DNA of 64,000 nucleotides from an uncultured Gammaproteobacteria bacterium. Lineage in GTDB: Bacteria; Patescibacteriota; Patescibacteriia; UBA1558; GWA2-36-10. The position numbers and the translations under genes were made by a program. The stretch covers positions 2,552 through 66,551 of the forward strand of contig CAZILH010000001.1 in the NCBI GenBank assembly GCA_964540095.1, read 5' to 3'. Under the pieces are notes generated by a model. The model made no database searches. It was given only the letters and a program-made list of their open reading frames with translations, and was not told where the DNA came from. Positions 36,721-47,800 of this stretch are shown here, in pieces. Within the stretch, counting starts at the first letter, position 1. The number at the start of each line of letters is the position of its first letter.

Positions 36721-36787
36721 AAAAAAAATTCCCCCGCCCCTGGACTGTGGTCCGGGTGGGGCGGGGGTAAGAAGCGGCATGAGCCCG

Positions 36788-37276
36788 CTACTTCTTGGGC
36801 TTGGTTCTGGCCTTGGCCTTGGTCAGGGCCAAGGCAAAGCGCTGGAAGGCGCGCTTGACCTGGCGCTCGTAGACCAGGCCATAACGCTTGGCCAGGCGCC
36901 GGCCTTCGCGCTCCAGAGCACGATCATCACTTCTGAGTTGCATCCACACCTCGTGGAGGTGTGAGGTCTGCGCTGGCTTGATGCGGAAATCAACGTGCCG
37001 ACGGCGCTTTCCACTGCCACGGTGGCGGGGTTGCTGGGCCAGCCGTTTGCGTAGCTTGCCCTGCCTGGAGCGCAAGCCACGGACCTCTTGCCGTAGACGA
37101 GAACACTGGGCCGACTGGCGCTTGTTGGCGGCCTCCAGGCGTGAGACCCTGGCCCGAGACATTGCCAGGTCAGCGGCCAGGTCTTTGAGCGCCTTTTTCA
37201 CTAGACGCTCAAAGCGCGTTTGCTCAGCAGCGGCCGAGCGGCGCAGACCGGCTAGGGTTTGTTTTCGACGAGTCAC
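36788..37276 (-). CDS. highly basic coiled-coil hypothetical protein (GC-rich orphan)
   Basis: AGGAGG SD before GTG 37276; TTGACA-17-TATAAG (-35 at 37359-37354); terminator 36720-36767. Confidence 0.65.
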   Translation of the reverse strand: MTRRKQTLAGLRRSAAAEQTRFERLVKKALKDLAADLAMSRARVSRLEAANKRQSAQCSRLRQEVRGLRSRQGKLRKRLAQQPRHRGSGKRRRHVDFRIKPAQTSHLHEVWMQLRSDDRALEREGRRLAKRYGLVYERQVKRAFQRFALALTKAKARTKPKK

Positions 37277-37401
37277 GTAAGGACCCTCCTGGTGTTGGGG
37301 TGGAACAGCGGCTGAATTGCCGAACATTATCTTATACACCATAATCACGTTTTTGTCAATAGTAAATTGCCCAGATATTTTAAATTTGTTATTATAAGGG
37401 C

Positions 37402-37968
37402 ATGATAGCTTATTTAAAAGGAAGTGTATTAAAAAAAGACCAAAAAGCCACCATAATAAACGTTAATGGTGTTGGTTATGAGGTTTTTTTAAAAAACAAA
37501 GACATTGCCAACCTCCAGGTTAACGAATTTGTGGAGTTTTTTATTCATTCTTATATAAAAGAAGACGCCCTAGATCTTTACGGTTTTGTTAATCCCGAAG
37601 AACTGGTTTTTTTCAAACAACTACTTCAGGTGTCTGGTATTGGTCCTAGGACGGCCATGAGTGTTATGTCTTTAGCCGAAGTGCTAGATTTGAAGCGAGC
37701 CATCACCAGTGGCAACCCCAGCTTCTTGCAACAGGTCTCTGGTATTGGCAAAAAAACAGCTGAGCGCCTAGTGGTGGAGCTGAAAGAAAAATTTATTGAC
37801 GAGGTGTCAGCCGATGGCGCTCTTATCAACACTGATCAACAAGTAATATCAGCCCTGGTTTCCTTGGGATACAAAGAGCGCGAGGTCATGGAAATGACCA
37901 GGGGCTTAGAACTTGAGGGCGACTTGTCAGACAAAATAAAACAGGTCTTAAAAAATACCAAAAAATAA
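37402..37968 (+). CDS. ruvA: Holliday junction branch migration protein RuvA
   Basis: MIAYLKG, VNGVGYEV, LYGF, VSGIGPRTA, GIGKKTAERLVVELK. Confidence 0.96.
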   Translation: MIAYLKGSVLKKDQKATIINVNGVGYEVFLKNKDIANLQVNEFVEFFIHSYIKEDALDLYGFVNPEELVFFKQLLQVSGIGPRTAMSVMSLAEVLDLKRAITSGNPSFLQQVSGIGKKTAERLVVELKEKFIDEVSADGALINTDQQVISALVSLGYKEREVMEMTRGLELEGDLSDKIKQVLKNTKK

Positions 37969-37970
37969 TT

Positions 37971-38990
37971 ATGAACATAGTTGTTGACCAAGAAAAAAAC
38001 TATGATAATTTGTTGTCTCGAAATTTTATTTCGGGCAACTTTTTGCAGAGTAGTGTTTGGAAAGATTTTTTAAAAAAGCAGAATAAAAAATATTGGCCAC
38101 TGATCGCCACCGATGAGGGTGTTGTTTTGGCTTTGTGCTTGGTATATGAGACCGACTTGCCCTTGGGCTTGAGTTATTTGACAGCACCAAAGGGTCCAAT
38201 CTTTTTAAAAAAAATCAGCGCCGAAAAAAAACAAGAATTAAGCAAATTACTTTTGTCAAAGGCCAGAGACATTTGCTTGTCTACAAAAAAAAGAGAAGAA
38301 ATATTTTTTCGCCTAGAGCCAAATACCGAAATCAAAATTCCTAAATTAAGAAAAAGCAAGGACATTCACCCGCGCGATACTTGGATTTTGGACTTGCAAC
38401 AGAGTGAAGAAGAAATTTTGAGTAAGATGCGCCCTAAGACCAGATACAACATTGCCTTAGCCAAAAAAAATGGCGTGCAAATAAAATTTAGTCGAGAAAA
38501 AAGTGATCTTAAAGAATTTTTGCGCTTAATAAAACTAACCGCCACTCGCAATCAGATCTCTATGCACGGTGACGAGTACTATAAACTGCTGTGGGAAACG
38601 TTAGTGGATAATCGCGCTGGTATTTTGGCTGTAGCCGAATATCGTGGTCAGGTAATTGCCGCCAACCTTTTGGTAAATTTTGGCCAGAGCTGTACTTATT
38701 TGCACGGCGGTTCAGATTATGAACATCGACACTTGATGGCCCCCCATCTTTTGCAGTGGGAAAGTATTAGGCAAGCCCAGGCCGCCGGTTTCTTGGTTTA
38801 TGATTTTTGGGGCATTGCGCCCAAGGATAATAGCCACCCTCGCTGGGAGGGCATTACGCGCTTTAAGAAGGGCTTTGGTGGGCAACGTGTAGTTTCGTGT
38901 GGGGCTTATGATTTTATTTATCACCCCACCTGGTATCAGGTTTATTATCTCGGTCGAAAGCTAGTTAATAAAGTAAGAAATTTACGATGA
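37971..38990 (+). CDS. FemAB/FemX-family peptidoglycan aminoacyltransferase
   Basis: FLQS..W, PKGP, KTRYNI.LA.K.GV, YLHGGS, LLQWE, YDFWGI, FKKGFGG. Confidence 0.9.
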   Translation: MNIVVDQEKNYDNLLSRNFISGNFLQSSVWKDFLKKQNKKYWPLIATDEGVVLALCLVYETDLPLGLSYLTAPKGPIFLKKISAEKKQELSKLLLSKARDICLSTKKREEIFFRLEPNTEIKIPKLRKSKDIHPRDTWILDLQQSEEEILSKMRPKTRYNIALAKKNGVQIKFSREKSDLKEFLRLIKLTATRNQISMHGDEYYKLLWETLVDNRAGILAVAEYRGQVIAANLLVNFGQSCTYLHGGSDYEHRHLMAPHLLQWESIRQAQAAGFLVYDFWGIAPKDNSHPRWEGITRFKKGFGGQRVVSCGAYDFIYHPTWYQVYYLGRKLVNKVRNLR

Positions 38991-39709
38991 TCAAAAAAGT
39001 TTTGATTTCAGCGGCCGGTCGTGGCACCCGCATGCTTGATTTGGGTAAAGACAAGCCCAAACATTTAATCGAGGTTAATAACAAGCCCTTTTTGTATTAT
39101 TTACTAAGTAATTTAAAAAAAGCTGGTTTTACCGACATAACCATGGTAGTTGGCTACAAAAAAGAATTTATGGAAAAATTTTTTAGCCAGCACCAGGATG
39201 AGTTCAACATCACCTTAGTAAATCAGTTTGAAATTTTGGGAGACCAGCGCTATGGCACAGCTTGCCCACTAGAGTGTGTTCGCCAGCTAATGAGTGGTGA
39301 CAACTTTTTATCAGTGAACGGGGATAACATTTATGCTGTGGAAGATTTGGCCAACTTAAATACAGATGATGGTTTTTCTTATGTGGCTGGCTTCCCACAC
39401 CCTGAGCCACAAAATTATGGCGTCTTACAAGTAGATGAAAATGGTCTGCTAAAAAATATTGTTGAAAAACCAAAAAAGTTTGTTGGCAACCTCATCAACA
39501 CTGGCCTTTACAAATTCAGCCCAGAGGTGTTTAGTTATTTAGACAGAATTGGTTTGTCACCGCGCGGTGAGTATGAGCTGACCGACGTCGTCAATTTGAT
39601 GGCCAAAGATAGCAAAGTCAAAGCGATGAGTGTTAAGGGAATTTGGTTGGATTTTGGAAAACCGGCGGATATACCAAAGGTGGAAAACTATTTAAATGGG
39701 CATGATTAA
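38987..39709 (+). CDS. sugar-phosphate nucleotidyltransferase
   Basis: AAGRGTRM...PKHL, YGTA, NGD, VEKP, INTGLY, RGEYELTD. Confidence 0.88.
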   Translation: MIKKVLISAAGRGTRMLDLGKDKPKHLIEVNNKPFLYYLLSNLKKAGFTDITMVVGYKKEFMEKFFSQHQDEFNITLVNQFEILGDQRYGTACPLECVRQLMSGDNFLSVNGDNIYAVEDLANLNTDDGFSYVAGFPHPEPQNYGVLQVDENGLLKNIVEKPKKFVGNLINTGLYKFSPEVFSYLDRIGLSPRGEYELTDVVNLMAKDSKVKAMSVKGIWLDFGKPADIPKVENYLNGHD

Positions 39710-41012
39710 AAAAATAATAAAAAAATTAATCGGAAAAAAAATATTATCACGCTATCATTATTTTTTGGCGCGAACCGCTTCTTTTGTCTATGGATCGCCC
39801 AGTGAAAAAATGATTGTCATTGGCGTGACCGGCACCAACGGCAAAACCACTACCGTCAACATTATTTCCCAATACCTAGATTGCCTGCAAAAGAAAAATG
39901 GCCTAGCTTCAACCGTGAATTTCAAGGTTAACGACAAAAAGTGGCTCAACAAAAAAAAGATGACCATGCTTGGTCGTTTTCAAACTCAAAGATTACTTAG
40001 GCAGATGTTAAAAGCTGGTTGCGAATATGCCATTATTGAAACATCTTCGCAGGGTATTGAACAACACCGTCAGATTGGTATCAATTACGACGTGTTGCTT
40101 TTTACTAATTTAAGTCCGGAGCACATTGAGGCGCACGGTAGCTTTGAAAACTATCGGGCAGCCAAAGAAAAACTTTTTGCAGAGTTTGGTTCCTTGCCAA
40201 AGAAAAATATCAATGGCCAGGAAATAAAAAAAATTATAATTAGCAACATTGATGATCCAGAAACAGCGCGCTTGAAAAAACACCAGGTTGATAAATTTTT
40301 AACTTACGGATTTGAAAATAGCAGCGACTACCAAGGGACGGATTTGCAGGCCGGAGAGGGGAGAGTTTCATTCAAGTTAAGTGGCCAAGAAATTAGCGCT
40401 AAATATTTAGGCAAGTTCAATGCTTATAATATTTTGGCCGCCCTGGCTTGTTTGGATGCTTTGGGGCTAGACACTAAGCAGGCAATTTCTTGCGGTTTGC
40501 GCAACATACCCGGTCGCCAAGAATGGATTAAATTGGGGCAAAACTTTAAAATAATGGTTGATTATGCCCCAGAGCCAGAGAGCTTGACACAGCTTTATGA
40601 GGCCATAAAAGAAGTAAACAGAAATAAGCTCATTCATGTTTTGGGCTCTTGTGGCGGTGGTCGTGATCAAGCCAGGCGCCCGATTTTGGGTAAAATGGCC
40701 GGCAAAATGGCTGATTTGGTGATAGTAACCAACGAAGACCCCTATGACGACGATCCACAAATGATCATTGATAATGTGGCGCAAGGAGCATTGGAGGCCG
40801 GAAAAGAACTTGATAAAACCCTATTAAAATACCTTGATCGCCGAAAAGCCATCAAAAAAGCACTGTCTGAGGCCAAAGAGAATGATTTTGTTTTGATAAC
40901 TGGTAAGGGCGCCGAACAATTTATTTGTGTGGCCAACGAAAAAAAGATACCCTGGGACGATAGAATGGTTGTCAAAGAAGAGTTACAAAATCTTAATTTA
41001 TCAACAAAATAG
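39696..41012 (+). CDS. murE: Mur ligase, MurE-like
   Basis: GVTGTNGKTTT, ETSSQG, FTNLSPEH, PGR, VDYA, GSCGGGRD, TNEDP, GKGAE. Confidence 0.85.
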   Translation: MGMIKKIIKKLIGKKILSRYHYFLARTASFVYGSPSEKMIVIGVTGTNGKTTTVNIISQYLDCLQKKNGLASTVNFKVNDKKWLNKKKMTMLGRFQTQRLLRQMLKAGCEYAIIETSSQGIEQHRQIGINYDVLLFTNLSPEHIEAHGSFENYRAAKEKLFAEFGSLPKKNINGQEIKKIIISNIDDPETARLKKHQVDKFLTYGFENSSDYQGTDLQAGEGRVSFKLSGQEISAKYLGKFNAYNILAALACLDALGLDTKQAISCGLRNIPGRQEWIKLGQNFKIMVDYAPEPESLTQLYEAIKEVNRNKLIHVLGSCGGGRDQARRPILGKMAGKMADLVIVTNEDPYDDDPQMIIDNVAQGALEAGKELDKTLLKYLDRRKAIKKALSEAKENDFVLITGKGAEQFICVANEKKIPWDDRMVVKEELQNLNLSTK

Positions 41013-41059
41013 GGGTTTTTTAGTAAAATAAAGTTTTTTAAAGTAGGTGGCAATGCTTG

Positions 41060-41127
41060 CACCGCCAGGCGCAAGGCGCCTGGCGGTGTGGATAAGGTGT
41101 GTGCAAAGAGTGGTTTTTGTGGATATT
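41060..41127. promoter_or_regulatory. GC hairpin plus DnaA-box cluster upstream of rpoB
   Basis: CACCGCCAGGCGC-AAG-GCGCCTGGCGGTG; perfect TGTGGATAA at 41087-41095; TGTGGATAT near 41118. Confidence 0.5.
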
Positions 41128-41425
41128 TTAGCAAAAATTCATTAAAATTTGACAAACATAAAAAATTGTATATATAGTATTTTTGGCCAATATTGGCGAT
41201 TTGTTTATAAAAAAAATATTTAAAGCAAAAAAATGGGTCAAATCCTTGACACGGACCCTAAATTTTGTTATCATCCAGACATGAATTTTTTCGCGACTAA
41301 TATAGATTAGTCAATTTGTAATCAAAGACTGACCCAAAATATATGGGTGAGCTTCTTTTTTTATGCTACAAAATAAGCAATTTTGTGACGCTTAGCTAAA
41401 TATTTATTACTAAATATAAAGGTTT

Positions 41426-44400
41426 ATGTCTCAAACCAAGCTTGCGACCTCTCGTAAATATTTCACACCCCTGCGCGAGGCAATTCCCTTGCCCGACTTA
41501 ATAGAAATCCAAAAAAAATCGTATCATTGGTTTTTTCAGGATGGCTTAAAAGAATTATTTGATGAGATTTCGCCCATTAAAGATTTTATTGGCCGAGATT
41601 TAGAATTATTCTTTTTAGAATATTATTTGGATGAGCCAAAGTTTGACGAGGTGACTGCCAAAAGTAAAAACCTTACTTTTGAGGCGCCACTGAGAGTCAA
41701 TGTCCGCTTATCAAACAAACGCACCAACGAAGTCAAGGAGCAGGAGATTTATCTGGGAGATTTTCCTCTGATGACTGATCGCGGTACTTTCATAGTCAAT
41801 GGCGTGGAAAGAGTGGTGGTCTCACAATTGATTCGCAGTGCTGGAGTTTTCTTTTCCTCAGAAGTACATCGTGGTCGTCGTTACTATGGCGCCAAAATTA
41901 TTCCTAATCGTGGAGCTTGGTTGGAAATAGAAACTGATGCCAGCAATGTAATCTATGTAAAAATCGATCGCAAGCGCAAGGTGCCCGTCACTTCACTGCT
42001 TCGGGCCTTTGGTGTTTCTAGCGACGAAGAGATATTAAAATTATTTTCTGATGTTGATACCCACCCTGAGGTGAAGTTTATCAAAGCAACTATTGCCAAA
42101 GATATTGCTCACAATGAAGCTGATGGTTTGCGGGAAGTATATCGTCGCATCAGACCAGGCGATCTAGCCACGGTTGATAATGCGCGTAGTTTGATCCGCT
42201 CTATATTTTTTAATTTTGATCGTTATGATTTTGGGCGCGTGGGTCGCTACAAAATAAACGCGCGTTTTAGTTTGGATATTCCCAACAACAAAGAAACTAG
42301 AGTATTGCGCGTGGAGGATTTGGTTTTGGTCATTAAAGAAATTATTAGACTGAATCTTACTCAAGACGAAGCCGACGATATTGATCACTTGGGTAATAGA
42401 CGCGTCAGAGCAGTTGGTGAGTTGGTGCAAAATAGATTCAGGATTGGTTTGGCTCGCATGGAGCGCATTGTCAAGGATCGCATGAGCACCCTGGATATCA
42501 ATAATTTGACGCCTAGCCAATTGATTAATGCGCGGCCGGTTATTGGTGTTATTAAGGAGTTTTTTATGAGCTCCCAACTTTCACAATTTATGGACCAAGT
42601 AAATCCTTTGGCCGAACTAGAACACAAGCGCCGACTTTCTGCTATGGGACCAGGTGGTCTTTCTCGCGAAAGAGCGGGCTTTGAGGTTCGTGATGTGCAC
42701 CGCACCCACTATGGTCGCATTTGTCCAATTGCTACACCAGAAGGACCAAACATTGGTTTGGTCGGACACCTAGCTTCTTATGCTAGGGTCAATGATTTTG
42801 GTTTTATTGAAACACCATTTAGAAAAGTTTTGCATGATATTGAAAATGATCCAAAAATCACTGAAGGCAAGATTGCCCGAGTAGACATCAAGGATCCCAA
42901 TAGCAAAAAAGTTTTGATAAGCGCCAACGAAGTTATTAGTGCCAGTAAGGCCAAAGAACTAGCCAAGATAAAAGAAATAGAAGTGGTGCCCATTAAACCA
43001 TTGGTCACCAAAGAGATTGTTTATTTGGACGCCTTTGAAGAAGAAAAATACAACACCTGCGCTTCAACTGCAGCTACCGACGAGCATGGTTATTTTGAAA
43101 ATGGTTTTGCCGAAATTAGAATCAAAGGCAACCCAACCTTTGATACGGTTGATAAAATAGATTTGATGGATGTGGCACCGCACCAGATTATTAGTATTGC
43201 CACGGCCCTGATTCCTTTTTTGGAAAACGATGATGCTACTCGCGCTTTGATGGGTACCAATATGCAGCGCCAATCCGTTTCTTTGATCAAACCCGAAGCG
43301 CCAATTGTGGGCACTGGTGTTGAAGCTAAGGCCGCTATTGACTCAGGACAAGTAGTGGTCAGCAAAGAAGAGGGCGAAATTACCATGGTTGATGGACGCC
43401 GCATTGAAGTGACCAACAAAGATGGTGTGGCTACTATTTATCATTTGAATAAATTTGCTCGTTCCAACACCTCGACTAGCATGAACCAGCACCCTATAGT
43501 CAATAAAGCCGAGCATGTCAAAAAAGGTCAAGCCATTGCTGATGGTGCGGCCACTGACCAGGGTGAACTAGCCCTGGGCCGTAATGTTTTGGTGGCCTAT
43601 ATGACTTGGGATGGCGGAAACTACGAAGATGCTATTTTGATTTCTGAACGAGTAGTTAAAGAAGATTTTTATACCTCAATCAGCATCGAAGATTATTCTA
43701 TTGATGTACGCGATACTAAGTTAGGACCAGAGATGGTCACCAGAGACATCCCCAATGTCAGCGAAGAAAAATTAAAAGATCTAGATCGCGAAGGCGTGGT
43801 GCGCATCGGTGCCAACGTTTCTTCGGGGGATATTTTGGTTGGCAAGATCACGCCCAAAGGTGAGACCGAGCTTTCGGCTGAAGAAAAATTGTTGCGCGCT
43901 ATTTTTGGCGAAAAAGCCAAAGATGTTCGCGACACTTCATTGTATATAAAACACGGTGAGCGCGGAAAAGTAATTGATATAAAAATATTTTCTAGGGACA
44001 AGGGTGATAAATTACCAGCTGGCGTGATTAAAACAATCCAGATTACCATTGCCCAACTTAGAAAGATTCAGGTTGGCGATAAAATGGCTGGTCGTCATGG
44101 TAATAAGGGAGTTATTTCTAGGGTGGTAGCTGATGCTGACATGCCTTTCTTGGCTGATGGTACTCCGGTAGATATTATTTTAAACCCACTTGGCGTTATT
44201 TCTCGTATGAACTTAGGTCAGTTATTAGAAACCCACCTTGGTTTGGCAGCTAGAACCTTGGGTTACAAAGTGGCTAGTCCGTCTTTGAATAGTGTGCCTG
44301 AAGAAATAATTCGCACCGAGTTGAAGCGCGCTGGTTTGCCAGAAAGTGGTAAATTACAACTTTATGATGGTCGCAATGGCCGAGCCTTTGAACACAAGAC

Positions 44401-44863
44401 AACCGTTGGCGTGGCCTATATGATGAAGTTGAATCACTTGGTAGAAGATAAGATTCACCAAAGATCAATTGGACCATACTCCTTAGTTACTCAGCAACCC
44501 TTGGGTGGCAAGGCTCAATTTGGCGGACAGCGTTTTGGTGAAATGGAAGTTTGGGCTCTGGAGGCCTATGGCGCTTCCAATACTTTGCAAGAAATGATCA
44601 CCATCAAGTCCGATGATGTGCCTGGTCGCTCCAAGGCCTACGAATCAATCATTAAGGGTGAGCCCATAACTCGCTTGAATATACCAGAGTCATTCAATGT
44701 TTTGGTCAGGGAATTAAAGGGCCTGGGCTTGGAAGTCGAACTAATTGGTCAGCGAGAAAGAAAGATTGAGGAAGTGGATTATGAGACCAGAGAAATTTTG
44801 GATGAACAGGCCCCAATCATCATGGATGCGCCAGCCAATGGTCCGCTTGAGAACGAAGAATAA
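41426..44863 (+). CDS. rpoB: RNA polymerase beta subunit
   Basis: GTFIVNGVERVVVSQ, SSQLSQFMDQ, TPEGPNIG, GDKMAGRHGNKG, GGQRFGEME. Confidence 0.99.
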   Translation: MSQTKLATSRKYFTPLREAIPLPDLIEIQKKSYHWFFQDGLKELFDEISPIKDFIGRDLELFFLEYYLDEPKFDEVTAKSKNLTFEAPLRVNVRLSNKRTNEVKEQEIYLGDFPLMTDRGTFIVNGVERVVVSQLIRSAGVFFSSEVHRGRRYYGAKIIPNRGAWLEIETDASNVIYVKIDRKRKVPVTSLLRAFGVSSDEEILKLFSDVDTHPEVKFIKATIAKDIAHNEADGLREVYRRIRPGDLATVDNARSLIRSIFFNFDRYDFGRVGRYKINARFSLDIPNNKETRVLRVEDLVLVIKEIIRLNLTQDEADDIDHLGNRRVRAVGELVQNRFRIGLARMERIVKDRMSTLDINNLTPSQLINARPVIGVIKEFFMSSQLSQFMDQVNPLAELEHKRRLSAMGPGGLSRERAGFEVRDVHRTHYGRICPIATPEGPNIGLVGHLASYARVNDFGFIETPFRKVLHDIENDPKITEGKIARVDIKDPNSKKVLISANEVISASKAKELAKIKEIEVVPIKPLVTKEIVYLDAFEEEKYNTCASTAATDEHGYFENGFAEIRIKGNPTFDTVDKIDLMDVAPHQIISIATALIPFLENDDATRALMGTNMQRQSVSLIKPEAPIVGTGVEAKAAIDSGQVVVSKEEGEITMVDGRRIEVTNKDGVATIYHLNKFARSNTSTSMNQHPIVNKAEHVKKGQAIADGAATDQGELALGRNVLVAYMTWDGGNYEDAILISERVVKEDFYTSISIEDYSIDVRDTKLGPEMVTRDIPNVSEEKLKDLDREGVVRIGANVSSGDILVGKITPKGETELSAEEKLLRAIFGEKAKDVRDTSLYIKHGERGKVIDIKIFSRDKGDKLPAGVIKTIQITIAQLRKIQVGDKMAGRHGNKGVISRVVADADMPFLADGTPVDIILNPLGVISRMNLGQLLETHLGLAARTLGYKVASPSLNSVPEEIIRTELKRAGLPESGKLQLYDGRNGRAFEHKTTVGVAYMMKLNHLVEDKIHQRSIGPYSLVTQQPLGGKAQFGGQRFGEMEVWALEAYGASNTLQEMITIKSDDVPGRSKAYESIIKGEPITRLNIPESFNVLVRELKGLGLEVELIGQRERKIEEVDYETREILDEQAPIIMDAPANGPLENEE

Positions 44864-44884
44864 ATAAATTAGCCAATAAAATAT

Positions 44885-47800
44885 ATGCCAACTCCATCGT
44901 CAACCAAAACAACCTTTGTCGGTAATGACAAAAACACGGTTTTGGAATTTGATGCCATAAAATTACGCCTGGCCTCACCAGAAGATATTCATGGCTGGTC
45001 ACACGGCGAGGTCTTGAAGCCAGAGACGCTGAATTATCGCACTCAAAAGCCAGAAAAAGATGGTTTGTTTTGCGAAAAAATATTTGGACCAACCAAGGAT
45101 TGGGAGTGTTATTGCGGCAAATATAAACGCATCAGATACAAAGGCATTGTTTGCGACAAATGCGGAGTCGAAGTCACTAGGGCTGTAGTCCGTCGTGAGC
45201 GCATGGGCCACATTGATTTGGCTGCTCCGGTGTCTCACATTTGGTTTTTACGAGGCATTCCCTCAAAGATCGGTTTGGTGCTTGACCTAAGCATCCAGTC
45301 ATTAGAAAAAATAATTTATTTTGCTTCTTTTATTGTGATCAAAATTGACGAGCCAGCTCGTCAGGAGACCCTAGAGCAAATAAAAACTGAGTTAAAAAGC
45401 AAGCGTAAGCAAATTGATAACGAGTTCAATCAACGTTCCCAGGAAATAAATAAAAGCAAAGTAAAAATGTTGGCTAATGGTGAGGCCAAAGAAAAAGTAG
45501 ACAGAAAAACCGAACAAGAGTTGTTGGCGCTAAACGTTGCCAAAATTGATAAAGTTAAAACCCTAGAAGAGGCCGCTGAAACCGCCATTAAAGAGCTTAA
45601 GGATTTGCACGAGCTACAAATTGTTTCTGAAAACAAATATCAGGAACTTTCTTTGCGCTATGGCCATGTTTTTGAGGCCGGTATTGGTGCTGAAGCAATC
45701 TTTGATTTACTCAAAAAAATTAGCTTGCCAAAATTGTTAAACGATTTAGAGGAAGAAATCAAAACAGCTCTACCATCCAAGACCAAAAAACTTATTAGAC
45801 GCTCGCGCTTGATTAAGAGTTTGGTTATAAATAAAATCAGACCAGAATGGATGATAATGTCGGCCATACCAGTCATACCTCCGGATTTGCGTCCCATGGT
45901 TCAGCTAGATGGTGGACGCTTTGCTTCCTCTGATCTCAATGATTTGTATCGTCGAGTGATCAATCGCAACAACCGCTTGAAGAGATTGAAGGAGTTGAAT
46001 GCCCCAGAAGTTATACAGCGCAATGAAAAAAGAATGTTGCAAGAGGCCGTTGATGCCTTGATAGATAATAATGCCAGACACGGCAAAACAGTGACGGCCT
46101 CCACTGGGCAAAAACGCATGCTCAAGAGTATTGCTGATATGCTGAAAGGTAAGCAAGGTCGTTTTCGTCAGAACCTGCTTGGCAAAAGGGTCGACTACTC
46201 TGGTCGCTCGGTAATTGTTGTTGGTCCGCACTTAAAATTACATCAATGTGGTTTGCCAAAAATAATGGCCCTAGAACTATTCAGACCATTTGTAATTTCT
46301 AAATTGATCAAAGCCGAACTAGTGCACAATGTGCGTAGTGCTAATAAATATATTGAGGCCGGTCATCCTGAGGTTTGGGCCATATTGGAAGACATTATTA
46401 AGGACGCTCATGTTTTACTTAACCGTGCTCCAACTTTACATCGTTTGGGTATTCAAGCCTTTCGGCCAATATTGATTGAGGGTAAAGCCATACAACTACA
46501 CCCACTTGTTTGCACGGCTTTCAATGCCGACTTTGATGGCGATCAAATGGCCGTACACGTGCCCTTGACCGAAGAAGCTAAGTTTGAGGCCTCAAGCTTG
46601 ATGTTGTCATCCAACAACCTATTAAAACCAGCTACTGGAGAACCAGTGACCATGCCAACGCAAGATATGGTATGGGGTGGCTACTACATGACCTACATCC
46701 GCAAAGACGCCAAAGTAGTTAAAGTATTTACCGATGAAGATGAGGCCGAGAAGGTGTTTACTATGGGCCTGATAAAATTACAAGATCTAATTAAAGTCAG
46801 AGTCGGGAAAGTAAATAATCAAATTTTAGAAACCTCAATTGGTCGTATTTTATTTAATAAGATTTTACCAAAAGAAATTTCTTTTGTGAACAACGCCGTG
46901 GACAAAAAAGCCATGAAGAATATTGTGGCTGAAGCTTTCCGTATTTTGCCACACGACAGGACAGTTCGTTTGTTAGACGACATCAAAGATTTGGCCTTCC
47001 GTTATATCACTGATTCGGGTATGTCTTGGGGCATGGATGACATACCGCGAGTGGAGGCCAAGGCCGCTTTGATCAAGGAAGCAGAAAAACAAGTAGAAGA
47101 AATAAAGGAACAATATAATAATGGTTTATTGACCAACCATGAGCGTTACATAAAAGTAATTGAGGTTTGGAATGAGATTAAAAATCGTATTAGTGAACAG
47201 TGCAAACTAGTGTTCAACCAAGAAAACTCCATTGCTTCAATTATCAACTCCGGCGCTCGTGGTACTTGGTCACAGATGTTACAGATCATGGGTTTGAAAG
47301 GCACGGTTATCAATCCAGCTGGTGAGGTTATTGAATTGCCCATCAAAGCCAGCTTTCGTGAGGGCTTGGACGTTTTGGAGTATTTTATTTCTACTCATGG
47401 CACCAGAAAAGGATTGTCTGATACGGCCTTGCGTACAGCCAGCGCCGGTTATTTGACTAGACGCTTGGTTGACGTTTCTCAAGATGTGGTAGTTTTGGAG
47501 GAAGATTGTGGAGACAAAGAGGGCCTACTCATTGACAAGGAGGAGAGCGCCAATTTTAATGAGCCCTTGCATGAACGCATCATTGGCCGCGTTTTGATAA
47601 ATGACATCAAGGATCCAAACAGTAAAAAAGTTTTAATTAAAAAAGGAGTACTAGTCACCAAAGAATTAGCCGACCACGTTGCCAAAGTTGATTTGGAGTC
47701 CATCCGCATTCGTTCTGTTTTGACCTGTAAGGCCATACGCGGCGTGTGTCAAAAGTGCTATGGTTATGATTTGGGCTATAATCGTTTGGTGGAAAAGGGT

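Noticed and set aside
36779-37280. + strand ORFs 36779..36964 and 36888..37280, plus antisense ORFs within rpoB, rpoC, smc and ftsK
   Set aside because: Shadow frames; promoter, SD and terminator all support the opposite or primary frame.
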